From IMG/VR virus record IMGVR_UViG_3300023184_000485, positions 1 through 25,083 of that record: 25,083 bases of DNA. The stretch is one strand, 5' to 3'. Source of the stretch: a virus. Its lineage: Duplodnaviria; Caudoviricetes. A program made the position numbers and the translations under genes. Below, in pieces: positions 14,771-24,337 of the stretch (within the stretch, counting starts at the first letter, position 1; the number at the start of each line of letters is the position of its first letter). Below the pieces are notes generated by a model that was not told where the DNA came from, ran no database searches, and worked only from the letters and a program-made list of their open reading frames with translations.

Positions 14771-15276
14771 TATATCTGTTCAACCTTTACACCCGATGCT
14801 TCGAGAAATGTAACGCCACTAGTATCTCGATAAGCGTCACGATATAGAACGTGCCCAATACCGCTTTGGTATATAAGTTTGGCACACTCCATACATGGAG
14901 CGTGGGTAATGAACATAGTAGCGCCCATACCGCTATTTGTACTTTTGGCCAATTTTGCAATAGCATTTGATTCAGCATGTAATACCTCAGGTTTAGTTTT
15001 TAATCCGTAACGTACATCACGTTGAGCAACTTCGTGCCAACCTTCGTAGGGATATTGTTCGTAAATCTCTTCAGGACTGAGCCAACCACCTGAACCTTTG
15101 TCCCAAACTTTATTTTCACAATCGTTATCCCAACCTGCAGGCATACCATTATAGCCGTAACTAATCACGCTGTCATCCTTGACAATTACCGCACCTACTT
15201 GTAATCTTTTAGCATGACTTAGTTTGGCTGTGCGAGTAGCCCAGTCCATATAAAGATCAATAAACTTTTGTTTCAT
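14770..15276 (-). CDS. dCMP deaminase
   Basis: VGAVIVK, GYNG, HAESNA, THAPCMECAK. Confidence 0.93.
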   Translation of the reverse strand: MKQKFIDLYMDWATRTAKLSHAKRLQVGAVIVKDDSVISYGYNGMPAGWDNDCENKVWDKGSGGWLSPEEIYEQYPYEGWHEVAQRDVRYGLKTKPEVLHAESNAIAKLAKSTNSGMGATMFITHAPCMECAKLIYQSGIGHVLYRDAYRDTSGVTFLEASGVKVEQI

Positions 15277-15728
15277 TCAATTTCCATCCATGTATGATCG
15301 CCCATATATTTTACCTGAGCAACATATTCATAATCTTCCGGTGCGGCTGAACTCCATCCAGTGGGGCCAGTAAGTACCAACAACATTTTTTCTTTTCTTT
15401 TATCCCATACTAACCAATAACATTTACCCATTACTAATTTAAATTGAAATTCGGCAGCATGGACTGCATCTGTTATTTCTAATCTACGTTTAATCTGTTG
15501 TGCCTGACCTTCTAATACATGAACCAATGCCATAATACGATCATACTCTTGCTGGGCATACATCCTGGCATGATTAATCATTAGATCCTTCTGTTCAGTA
15601 ACAGGTACCATATCAAACTTTGGTCCACTTGATTCTGTGGCATAAGGAGTAACGTTCCTGTTAAGGAAAGGAATTATTGCACCGGTGGAGGTAGAGTCAT
15701 AACTTGTTCTACCTTTGAGCATATTCAT
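15273..15728 (-). CDS. hypothetical protein, DUF2452-like
   Basis: Coiled segment followed by VHAAEFQFK...GKCYWL and DHTW pattern. Confidence 0.6.
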   Translation of the reverse strand: MNMLKGRTSYDSTSTGAIIPFLNRNVTPYATESSGPKFDMVPVTEQKDLMINHARMYAQQEYDRIMALVHVLEGQAQQIKRRLEITDAVHAAEFQFKLVMGKCYWLVWDKRKEKMLLVLTGPTGWSSAAPEDYEYVAQVKYMGDHTWMEIE

Positions 15729-16474
15729 TCTATTTTTCTTTCAATGTCTTCTTCAATGCAATGTTCACCATATTGTATTTCTACAATTTGGCAAGAAACT
15801 TCATGTGGATTAATCAGTTGATGCCATTGAGATACAGGGATATCAATAGCATCATGATATGCCAGTTCTTTTAAAGACCCATTGTCTGACTTAACAACAC
15901 ATTGTCCTTTGGATACAATCCAATGTTCATTGCGAAATGCATGTCGTTGCATTGATAATTTGTGGCCAGGATTAACTGTAAGTTCTTTAACTTTCATTCC
16001 TGGAATTTCGTATAATACACGATAGTAACCCCATGGGCGTTCTGTCTTAGGTGCCTTCCACTCTTCGAGAATCCAACTGCTGCTGTTGGCTTTATGTTCG
16101 CCACCAACTCCAAATAAAAACTCTAGTTTATCGTCTACCAGGTCCATCTCTGGTATATTCTCTTTAGTACGATCGCCGCCATTGGCAAAAATGATTGTTG
16201 CATCAGGATACATGGCCCTGACTCCGGTAATGGTATTTTTACTACTGTTATCTGCATCAGGATAGCATACAACTTTATCTACAACCTTCAATGATTCTAT
16301 AATGCGGAGGCGTTCGTATTGGTCCATAAAAGATTTTCCCTTTTTACGGACCAACCACTCGTCTGTATTGATACCAACAATCAACATATCACCTAGTTGT
16401 CGAGCCGCTTCGAAGTAGGCAATATGTCCACTATGCAATGGGTCAAATCCTCCAGTTACTAATACTATTTTCAT
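15725..16474 (-). CDS. cytidylyltransferase-like (HxGH) domain fused to a mannose-6-phosphate isomerase type II cupin
   Basis: TGGFDPLHSGH, ANGGDR, SSS; then RPWGYY, KLSMQRH..RNEHW, WHQL.N, EIQYG...EEDIER. Confidence 0.87.
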   Translation of the reverse strand: MKIVLVTGGFDPLHSGHIAYFEAARQLGDMLIVGINTDEWLVRKKGKSFMDQYERLRIIESLKVVDKVVCYPDADNSSKNTITGVRAMYPDATIIFANGGDRTKENIPEMDLVDDKLEFLFGVGGEHKANSSSWILEEWKAPKTERPWGYYRVLYEIPGMKVKELTVNPGHKLSMQRHAFRNEHWIVSKGQCVVKSDNGSLKELAYHDAIDIPVSQWHQLINPHEVSCQIVEIQYGEHCIEEDIERKIE

Positions 16475-16860
16475 AGTTCGCCGCTCTCTGCTAATTTTAA
16501 CATCAGACTATAATGTTCGTAGGCTTTTTTCACCGCTGGATATTTGTTCTTAATATACTTTTCTTTTTCTTTTAATTGAGTCATATGTTCAAACATTCTA
16601 TAATGACCACGCTGATGTAAGTTATTAAAAACTTCTGCTTCGAGATCTGCAATACGTTCTAACTCACTCTCTGCAATTTCTACTGTTAGTAATCTTTCAG
16701 TTTCAAAGTTCATAGCATTCATTTCTGCTAATTCGTTATAATCAGCAGGGTTGTTAAAATATTTCACATGCATACGTGTCATTTTATGGGCACGTTTGTT
16801 ATCATCAATGACCTGCATATGATGATACTGTAGAAATTTTTTGATATTGTCACCACTCAT
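16471..16860 (-). CDS. hypothetical protein
   Basis: ATGA overlap at 16857-16860 suggests the start MSGDN. YPAVKKAYEHY C-terminal motif. Confidence 0.75.
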   Translation of the reverse strand: MSGDNIKKFLQYHHMQVIDDNKRAHKMTRMHVKYFNNPADYNELAEMNAMNFETERLLTVEIAESELERIADLEAEVFNNLHQRGHYRMFEHMTQLKEKEKYIKNKYPAVKKAYEHYSLMLKLAESGEL

Positions 16861-17552
16861 TTTATACCTACCTCGTCGCAAATTTCTTTTACTAGAGCAA
16901 CATCTGCTGGGCTCTGTTTAAATTTTTTCATCCAAAATGGAACATCGAACACAGGAGCAATCATCATCAATTGTTCATCGCTCATATTACTAATCATAGT
17001 TTTTCCAGGATTGCTATTGAGTATCATCCAGAAACTAATCTTACCATTGAGTATGTCATGCACTGCTTTGTTAAGACTTACATAGTTAAAATAATGTGCA
17101 TAGTTGGCATTGTTTGCATCGCCCCACTCCATCATATTTTGTAATGATCTTTGCACCGCACTCTCTACTGGTTCTGTTTTAAGCATATCAAATAGATATC
17201 TTTCGTAAAGTTCATCTCTGCACCAATGATCTAATTTAACACCACTTTTAATCACATAGTCAACAAACTTAGTTGGATAGAGTGGGTTAACATTATTAAT
17301 AAAACTACCAAACTTAACAAAGGCATTATAATAACTGCTGTCAGCAAAGTTATCATAGGTCTTAGGTTGTTTAGCATTTTGAGTTAATTGCCAAAAGCGA
17401 TTAAATGCCATGAAGCCAGCTTGTACACGCTTCTCATCTTTTTGTAGAGCACGTCTCTTACGCTCGCACATGTGAGCAACAAGAGTCTTATCTTTCATAA
17501 AACTCTTATTGCAATGTACACAAGTATACGGTTGTTCTACCAATGCTATCAT
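16857..17552 (-). CDS. hypothetical protein with N-terminal C2H2/C2HC-like zinc finger
   Basis: YTCVHCNKSF...LVAHMC; coupled within the operon. Confidence 0.75.
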   Translation of the reverse strand: MIALVEQPYTCVHCNKSFMKDKTLVAHMCERKRRALQKDEKRVQAGFMAFNRFWQLTQNAKQPKTYDNFADSSYYNAFVKFGSFINNVNPLYPTKFVDYVIKSGVKLDHWCRDELYERYLFDMLKTEPVESAVQRSLQNMMEWGDANNANYAHYFNYVSLNKAVHDILNGKISFWMILNSNPGKTMISNMSDEQLMMIAPVFDVPFWMKKFKQSPADVALVKEICDEVGIK

Positions 17553-18016
17553 TCGTATTCTTTCCGTTGTTTTTTATCAAAGCCCATTTTATCAAATAGT
17601 TCTTCTCGATCTTTTTTACTCATCATAGATGCTATTAGTTTAATATCAGACATCTTTGTTGCTGGATATAGTTCACACAATAGTTTTTCAATCTTATTAG
17701 CTTTTTCTTTTTTACCCGCTGCCAAGTAAGGGTGATAAGCAGTGGCTCCTGTACCTACTCCGGCAAACAATTTCCACAGTAGAGCTTTATGATTCTTACT
17801 AAGATCCCAATGATTCTTATTAACCATTTCGTTGGTCATTTCAATAAACCATTCTTGTGTATCTCTATCGCCCTGAACGCTAGCGGTATATCTCATTAAG
17901 ATATAAGGGCTAAATGCCTTACGTTCTTCGTCGGTGAGATTATTGTAGAAGTTGTAGTTCTTTTGATCTACAGCATTGAGTTCTCGTTTAATATCAAGTT
18001 TTGCTGCGGTTGCCAT
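17549..18016 (-). CDS. probable clamp-loader small subunit (T4 gp62-like)
   Basis: KAFSPYILMRY..S, NEMVN, size and replication context. Confidence 0.55.
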   Translation of the reverse strand: MATAAKLDIKRELNAVDQKNYNFYNNLTDEERKAFSPYILMRYTASVQGDRDTQEWFIEMTNEMVNKNHWDLSKNHKALLWKLFAGVGTGATAYHPYLAAGKKEKANKIEKLLCELYPATKMSDIKLIASMMSKKDREELFDKMGFDKKQRKEYE

Positions 18017-18251
18017 ATCTTTCTTCGTAGTCTTTTGTTAAGTAGTATGTTACTTTAACACGATCCAATGCTTCTTGTAAAGCAGGATTGGTCTTTGCCG
18101 CACGATGAATATTGCCCCATAATTTACTTTCCATTATGTCATCGTATAGACTTCTAGCTTTTGGACTTTGACTAACTAATACACGATCGACAGAACCTAC
18201 TACTTGGGCGTAGATTGTTTCACCACCATCTGGACTTTCAAATATGGGCAT
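17994..18251 (-). CDS. hypothetical phage protein
   Basis: IFESPDGGETIY motif; operon packing. Confidence 0.75.
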   Translation of the reverse strand: MPIFESPDGGETIYAQVVGSVDRVLVSQSPKARSLYDDIMESKLWGNIHRAAKTNPALQEALDRVKVTYYLTKDYEERYGNRSKT

Positions 18252-18755
18252 TTACCAGCACCTTGTATAATCTACCAATTCACTTTGACGACTAACTTCT
18301 TTGACAAAATAAGCACAAGTAGGTTTAGGACCTGCTTCTAATGGTGTGCATAATAGTTGTCCAGGTTTCATCTTTGGAAAATACCACTTAACATCTTGAT
18401 AAACATCAATGATATCAATCTCATGAAATTCAGGTCTAAAACTACTCAATGGATTAAAGCAAAATGTTTTGAATCCACGATCATTTAAGCTAGTTAGTGG
18501 AAGTACTTCCATGTCGGGTCCTTCGGGATCACCAACAATGGCACACCAGTCTAATGGCATAGTAAGTTCATGTTTACCTATTTTTAATACTGCTGCTGGT
18601 CCTGTAAAACTCTCTAAAAATATTAATGGAATAAAGAAATAATCAGGGTTGCTACTATCGCTATTATCTAGTACAGCAAATCTTAGATCTTCATCTACTT
18701 CTTCTGGTAAGTCGTTGAGATGAAATATCTCGTTGTTCAGGGTTAAAATTTGCAT
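18252..18755 (-). CDS. hypothetical phage protein (167 aa)
   Basis: TAATG coupling to UvsW; beta-rich. Confidence 0.8.
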   Translation of the reverse strand: MQILTLNNEIFHLNDLPEEVDEDLRFAVLDNSDSSNPDYFFIPLIFLESFTGPAAVLKIGKHELTMPLDWCAIVGDPEGPDMEVLPLTSLNDRGFKTFCFNPLSSFRPEFHEIDIIDVYQDVKWYFPKMKPGQLLCTPLEAGPKPTCAYFVKEVSRQSELVDYTRCW

Positions 18756-20209
18756 TATATGTATTTTACTTTCTCAATATTAAATGGGTATTTGGCTTCT
18801 TTATAAAACCTCTTTCTTTCTGTTAGGTGACGTTTAGCGTATTTGGTAGCTGCGGTTATGTCCCAGATCTGGACGAAGTCTTTGTCGTCAGCTTTTCTAA
18901 TACCTCGCCCAATGCTTTGTATAACTCTGACAAAGCTCTTTCCGGGCTCCAAAAGAACCAGATTAAAAATCCTAGGGATATTAATACCCACAGCGGCCAC
19001 ACCAAAAGTCGCCACAATAATCTTGTTATCAGCTGTCTTAATCTCATCGTACTCTTCTTTCCTGTCTTTAGTTTTAACCTGACCCGATACAAACACCGCC
19101 TCTGGTATTTGTTCAATGATAAATTTACCTGAGTCAATTCTATTCACTAAGACCAAGGTATTTCCTGATGCTGCAATATTGCGAATCATGTTACTGATAT
19201 GTGTCATTCTAGCTGTATCAGTAACAAGATATTTTAGTTCTTCTGCATAGCTTCCAAACTCTTTCCACTCTGCTGTTTGTACAACATTCACATGGCAATT
19301 GCTTAACACACCTCGAGCTTGCAATTCGTGTGCAGATATGTGATGTATAACATCTCCTAAACTTGCTCGTAATGCTTGATACTCATGATCCGCTTTTGGT
19401 ATAGTTCCTGTCAATCCCCATCGTATAGGTGCATTAGAAAGATTTTGTGTTAGTAATTTTTTCAATACATCGGCTTTGGCCATGTGTACTTCGTCAACAA
19501 TTACTGTACTTACGCCATTTAAAAATTCCGCCAATGATAATAATTCGTCATTATCTTGTGATTTTTTGTCCAAAATATTCAAACTTTGCCAAGTGCAAAT
19601 AGTATGTGTTTTGTTGAGATTTTTTCTATCTCCGTAGTACACACCAACATCTAATCTGCAATTAATAAAGTCTTCTTCGGTTTGTTCCACTAAACTTTTG
19701 TTAGGAACAATGATTATTGTTCGACCGTATTTTTCACAAATTTTACTCAAAGTTGCAGTGATGATTGTTTTACCTGCACCAGTAGCAACTTCCTGTAAAC
19801 TCTGCGGATTCTTTAAGAAATTATTAACAACCTCGCATTGGTAATCACGCATACGGATGGGTTGACCTTCCTGAACGTGACCTTTAGGCCAACATAAATC
19901 GCCCCAAAAATTTTCAAAAATTTCAGGAAATTCTAAGAGATCACTGGTTCTAAGATCTTCAACTTCTATGTAGTAATTCTTACTTTCGAGGTACTCTAAC
20001 ACTGGACCGAGCATACTCAGATAGGTTGATCCACCAAGACCAAAGAAACTTATGCTGCCGTCCCACCGACCTAATTTATAGCTAGGTCTAAAGCGGGCAG
20101 TAGGGTCCTCATACTTGAATTTTTTGACCAAAGCCTTACGAGTGTCAAGATCTAAATTATCAATCTTAACATTCACTTCGTCCTTGATAATAACTTTACA
20201 TGTACTCAA
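18755..20209 (-). CDS. uvsW: UvsW-like SF2 DNA helicase
   Basis: RDYQ, ATGAGKT, DEVH, GLTGT, VGINIP, QSIGRGIR. Confidence 0.9.
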   Translation of the reverse strand: MSTCKVIIKDEVNVKIDNLDLDTRKALVKKFKYEDPTARFRPSYKLGRWDGSISFFGLGGSTYLSMLGPVLEYLESKNYYIEVEDLRTSDLLEFPEIFENFWGDLCWPKGHVQEGQPIRMRDYQCEVVNNFLKNPQSLQEVATGAGKTIITATLSKICEKYGRTIIIVPNKSLVEQTEEDFINCRLDVGVYYGDRKNLNKTHTICTWQSLNILDKKSQDNDELLSLAEFLNGVSTVIVDEVHMAKADVLKKLLTQNLSNAPIRWGLTGTIPKADHEYQALRASLGDVIHHISAHELQARGVLSNCHVNVVQTAEWKEFGSYAEELKYLVTDTARMTHISNMIRNIAASGNTLVLVNRIDSGKFIIEQIPEAVFVSGQVKTKDRKEEYDEIKTADNKIIVATFGVAAVGINIPRIFNLVLLEPGKSFVRVIQSIGRGIRKADDKDFVQIWDITAATKYAKRHLTERKRFYKEAKYPFNIEKVKYI

Positions 20210-21377
20210 TTTGTGGGCTCTTTTGTTTTCTATCTGCTAACACATTAATAACATTATGCTTGTTTTTCATAAAATTAGCAAGAGTATAGTGAACATTATA
20301 AAAATTAAAGTTCAACACACAATTAAATTTTAGTTCAGATTCAAACAATGGCTTAGGCAGTTTTCCACTAAGAATAACTGCCTTGGTATGTTCAGAGACA
20401 GGAGAATTTAATTTTTCTTCTTTGACAAATTTGTTAAAATCTCCACCATTTTCACTGGGTAAACGGAACAAAACACTAATTTCGTGATTTTCAATACCAA
20501 TTGCTTTTAATAATTCTAATGCTTGTTGAGTTTTGTTTAATTCATTTCCGCCGGGTACAGTAACAATGCAAGGTAACAAATTTTCTATAATAGGTTTTAA
20601 ATCTAAAATTGAATTTTCCTCTAAATTTATGGAAAATTCCTTATCAATGTCAGATTTTATAAAATCTTTGATCAGTTGAGTTTGTGTAGATCCAAGTAAG
20701 GTGTTATCAATTAAATGATCCCATGTAGTAACACCTACACGTCTTGCTTCAAACAATGATTGAATTATATCTTTGCTAGTGGGTTGAGGAACATGTGGTG
20801 AAATATTGACAATTTTAGGTATTCCTTGCTCAATGGTTAACATAGGAGCATATTTTTCAACATTGCTGGTAATCTCCAACGACTGCTCCATATATCCTTT
20901 GAATTCGTCATCGGCAGTGAATCCTTTAAATATAACGTATGAGCTAAAATATTCAATAGTTCTACCTTCTAATGAAAAAACCCAGGCTTTTTCTTCTGCA
21001 TTCCATTCTGCAGATATAAATTTATGTTTTTCAGCTTTTATATCTTTGACCAATGTTTCATCATAGGGAAATTTTACTAAAATAAATTTAGTATTATTAG
21101 TATTAGGAATTACAGATATATGTTTCACCATACTAATGGTTCTGATATTATATTTGAATTGTGGGTTGTCTAATAACGGTGTTATATCTTTGCCAAGGTG
21201 TGCATTGATTTGTTGTTTATATGTTTTTGAGATTTTGAGCATGATAAAAGATTGTTTTTCTGTAAAACCCAAACTTTTATAATTTATTTGCTCGTAAAAA
21301 CTCTGGACCAAAGTTGAATCATATCGATTGGTCTTAACAGAGTACATCAATGGGTGGAGTAAATCTTCAATATACAT
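20196..21377 (-). CDS. hypothetical protein with putative HARP-like domain
   Basis: VKFPYDETLVKDIK...WNAEEKAWVF resembles HARP. Directly upstream of UvsW. Confidence 0.6.
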   Translation of the reverse strand: MYIEDLLHPLMYSVKTNRYDSTLVQSFYEQINYKSLGFTEKQSFIMLKISKTYKQQINAHLGKDITPLLDNPQFKYNIRTISMVKHISVIPNTNNTKFILVKFPYDETLVKDIKAEKHKFISAEWNAEEKAWVFSLEGRTIEYFSSYVIFKGFTADDEFKGYMEQSLEITSNVEKYAPMLTIEQGIPKIVNISPHVPQPTSKDIIQSLFEARRVGVTTWDHLIDNTLLGSTQTQLIKDFIKSDIDKEFSINLEENSILDLKPIIENLLPCIVTVPGGNELNKTQQALELLKAIGIENHEISVLFRLPSENGGDFNKFVKEEKLNSPVSEHTKAVILSGKLPKPLFESELKFNCVLNFNFYNVHYTLANFMKNKHNVINVLADRKQKSPQIEYM

Positions 21378-21386
21378 GATACATTT

Positions 21387-21424
21387 ATTATACTACAAAA
21401 TAAGAAAGGACGCAAGTCCTTTCT
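21387..21424 (-). terminator. intrinsic terminator fused with a sigma70-type promoter
   Basis: Minus strand AGAAAGGAC-TTGC-GTCCTTTCT-TATTTT right after the uvsY stop. TTGCGT (21415-21410), 17 nt, TATAAT (21392-21387). Confidence 0.75.
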
Positions 21425-21427
21425 GTG

Positions 21428-21883
21428 TCAAATAACAACGTCTTCCATACCCGCCGTTCGGAGTTTTATAATATTACTTAGTTGCCACTGTTTGATATCT
21501 AATCCCTTGATAATACCCAACCATTGATTGCGTAGTAGTGCAAACTCATTGATAATCTTTTCCATATCAACTACATCTGCCTCACCATCTACGTATTTGT
21601 CAACATCCCTACTGGTTAGAGCACGTTGATAGTTTTCCAAATATTTCTTAAAAGTTTTGGAACGTAAGCGGCGTAGTTCAATGTTTAGATATTCTAAAAT
21701 ACCTTCAATTTCTTGAAGTTGATTAAATCGATGAGCAACAAGACCAGGCAAAGAAGCAGAGGATTTTTCCACGTTGCCGTGGATTTTAACCTCTGCTCTT
21801 GCTGAGTCTAATTCAAGGTAATAGTAATCAATACAGCCTGGCAAGTGAGCAATATCCTTGCTTACTTTGCTGTACCAATTCAC
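21428..21883 (-). CDS. uvsY: UvsY-like recombination mediator
   Basis: Helical protein with KKYLENY.RAL.SRD..KYVDGE and KGLD.KQWQ..NI.KLR.AG. Lies downstream of uvsX. Confidence 0.78.
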   Translation of the reverse strand: MNWYSKVSKDIAHLPGCIDYYYLELDSARAEVKIHGNVEKSSASLPGLVAHRFNQLQEIEGILEYLNIELRRLRSKTFKKYLENYQRALTSRDVDKYVDGEADVVDMEKIINEFALLRNQWLGIIKGLDIKQWQLSNIIKLRTAGMEDVVI

Positions 21884-21885
21884 AA

Positions 21886-22131
21886 TTAGTCCTCGTCTTC
21901 GTCGTAGATATCGTCTTCGTCGATTAGATTTTCATCATTAAATTCATCTACAATAAGTTGTATTGCAGAATCAAGATGTGGATCAAATCCCATAACTGAC
22001 TCAAGAACTGACAACTCTACATCTTGTGCAATTAGAAAATCTACAAAATGTGTTGCTGCGGTTTCACGATTTTTCTCAGGGACATAATCTTTAAACGTAT
22101 CCCATACGCCAATAATTAAATCTTCTTCCAT
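21886..22131 (-). CDS. small acidic hypothetical protein
   Basis: ORF tightly packed between uvsX and uvsY; D/E-rich tail. Confidence 0.75.
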   Translation of the reverse strand: MEEDLIIGVWDTFKDYVPEKNRETAATHFVDFLIAQDVELSVLESVMGFDPHLDSAIQLIVDEFNDENLIDEDDIYDEDED

Positions 22132-23187
22132 TTATGCTTCCTCTGTTTCCACTGCCTCTACCGGCATACTAATTTCTTCCCATTCAGCCATAATTACAGT
22201 TAATCCATCATTAGCATTACTGTTCCATGCCTTACGGAATTGTTTAATAATCTCACCATCTTTAGTTGTATAAACAAGACTGTTGCCTTCTTTCTTCAAC
22301 TTACCTTTGGCTTCAAATAAATCAACCAAACCGCTAAATGGACTCATACCTGTTGAGTATGGAATCTCAACTTGTACTGATTCAAAGGGTTTAGAATAGC
22401 GTGTTTTCATAATCTTACAGGCTGAACGAATACCATTTACGGTGGTAGTTTTATTACCATCTTCATCAGTTTTTAGTTTTAATTTACGCATAGCAACCAC
22501 AATGGAACTAGCGTAGATGAATCCTTGACCACCTGAGATCTTATCATCTGGATCAAACATGTCTTGACTTGCGTATGTGTGATTAGTACAAACCATTCCC
22601 ACATTCCACGAGCCGAACATATTAACACAGTTACGAACAAGACTTGTAAGTGCTTTAGGTTTACGGCCCATGTCACCCTTCATCTCACCTGCTTCGAATT
22701 GATTAACGTCTGTAGGAGTCAACAACATACCTAAACTATCAATGACAAACAAAATCTTAGGACGACTTTCTTCGGGCATTAATTTATATTCTTTCATGAA
22801 TTCAGATATAGTTTTTGCCACATCATCAATCATAGCCATATTGAGTTTAAGTAGTTTATCTTCACTAGTATCAACACCTAAATCCAACAACCACTTTTCA
22901 TCAAGAGCATTTTCACTATCAACTAAGATAACAAAAATACCTTGTTCTTGTGCGTGACGGATAATGTTTCCAGAGCAAATATAACTCTTTCCTGCACCAC
23001 TTTCACCGGCAAATACTGTAACTTTACCCAGTGGGACTCCCCTAAAGAAGTCCCCTGAGATAAGATAGTTAAGAGCATAGTTGCCAGTTGAGATCCAGTC
23101 AGTTGGATCATTAAAACCAATACCAAGTCCGTCAATGGACTTAGTAATTGACTTTCTAAACTTAGAAATATCAAATGCTTTTCCCAT
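22132..23187 (-). CDS. uvsX: UvsX/RecA-like recombinase
   Basis: ISTGNYALN, AGESGAGKS, DSENALD, VIDSLG, NHTY, SGG motifs; SD AAGGAG. Confidence 0.93.
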   Translation of the reverse strand: MGKAFDISKFRKSITKSIDGLGIGFNDPTDWISTGNYALNYLISGDFFRGVPLGKVTVFAGESGAGKSYICSGNIIRHAQEQGIFVILVDSENALDEKWLLDLGVDTSEDKLLKLNMAMIDDVAKTISEFMKEYKLMPEESRPKILFVIDSLGMLLTPTDVNQFEAGEMKGDMGRKPKALTSLVRNCVNMFGSWNVGMVCTNHTYASQDMFDPDDKISGGQGFIYASSIVVAMRKLKLKTDEDGNKTTTVNGIRSACKIMKTRYSKPFESVQVEIPYSTGMSPFSGLVDLFEAKGKLKKEGNSLVYTTKDGEIIKQFRKAWNSNANDGLTVIMAEWEEISMPVEAVETEEA

Positions 23188-23197
23188 CTGTTACTCC

Positions 23198-24193
23198 TTA
23201 GTTTGCTTGTTGGCGACTACGTATTGTGGCAAGAATATCTGCCGCTCTACTACCTGCGTTACTTGTAACCAGTGCTGCTTCTTGTGCAACCGCTTTAGCG
23301 GGTGTTGCTGCCGCAGGTTCAAAAGGGATATCATCTTCTCCAATTGGATCTGCTGCTGGTGCTGCTTTTGGTGCTGCGGTAGAACCAGTTGCTGAACCAC
23401 TACCACCAAATCCTGCTGGCTTGAAGTATTGACCCCAACGATCACCATCATATGCTTCACCATCAACTGATGCTGCAAACATTTCTGCGATAACTTTGAG
23501 TTCAACGTCACCTGGTTTCTTAGGTAGGAAGCTCTTCAAATCAAACAAACCGTGTTGTTTAATTGCTGCTTGTTCCAATTCAGCAAGAGCACGTTCACGA
23601 CGAGCCCAAGTAGAAGTAGAATAGTCAGCATAACCACCTTTGCTAGTTTTAGCAATCTTGAAGTCAAGACCACGAACATAGTCAGTTGGTAGTTCTTCAA
23701 TCTCAGCATCCATCAATGCGTTCTTAACAATGTTAAAAATTTGTGATCCGATGATGAAACGACGGATTGGATTCTCAGGTGTCTTACCATCTTCTACAAG
23801 TTTGCTGTCAGTGACAAAACCTTGGAACAAGTAAGATTTCTTTTTCCAGTACTTACGACCCATATCTTCCAAAGATTTATCTTTGAACCATGGACGGACT
23901 TCAGTTAGAACTGGACAAGTCTCGCCCCACATTTCCATACAAGGAACTTGTACAGTAACGGGTTTGGAATTTGTTTCACCTTTAATACCGGCGAAGGGCA
24001 ATTTGATCATTGCACGTTCAATCCAGAAAAAAGTGTTGTTTGGGTCTTGGTCGGGTAAGAATCGAACTGTAGTAGTTGATCCTTCTGGCATATTCCAATG
24101 AGGGAATATTCCGTTGTCTCCACCGCCTGCGTTGCCGCCGCCTTGTTGAGAACTTGCTTGAAGTTTTGCGCGAATTTCTGCTAATGTTGCCAT
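23198..24193 (-). CDS. single-stranded DNA-binding protein (T4 gp32-like)
   Basis: VRFLPD, C..M.GE.CP, GLDFKI.K...GYADYSTS.W, Ala/acidic tail with DDIPF. Confidence 0.88.
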   Translation of the reverse strand: MATLAEIRAKLQASSQQGGGNAGGGDNGIFPHWNMPEGSTTTVRFLPDQDPNNTFFWIERAMIKLPFAGIKGETNSKPVTVQVPCMEMWGETCPVLTEVRPWFKDKSLEDMGRKYWKKKSYLFQGFVTDSKLVEDGKTPENPIRRFIIGSQIFNIVKNALMDAEIEELPTDYVRGLDFKIAKTSKGGYADYSTSTWARRERALAELEQAAIKQHGLFDLKSFLPKKPGDVELKVIAEMFAASVDGEAYDGDRWGQYFKPAGFGGSGSATGSTAAPKAAPAADPIGEDDIPFEPAAATPAKAVAQEAALVTSNAGSRAADILATIRSRQQAN

Positions 24194-24272
24194 AATGTTT
24201 TGCCTTTATAAAATGTATTATGCCGCTTTCTTAAAGCCAACTGACTAAAAGAAAAATGTGTGCATACGGTTA

Positions 24273-24301
24273 AGTATACACACATCTATTTATCATCTCA
24301 A
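24273..24301 (-). promoter_or_regulatory. nested early (sigma70) and late promoters of the SSB-uvsX operon
   Basis: Minus strand TTGAGA (24301-24296), 17 nt, TATACT (24278-24273), with ATAAATA (24293-24287) inside the spacer. Confidence 0.7.
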
Positions 24302-24337
24302 CCTATATGGTTGCTATTTTTGATTATTATTTGCCAA

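Noticed and set aside
10485-24193. Inteins, introns or stop-codon recoding in replication genes
   Set aside because: Helicase, UvsW, UvsX and SSB are normal in length and uninterrupted in the standard code.
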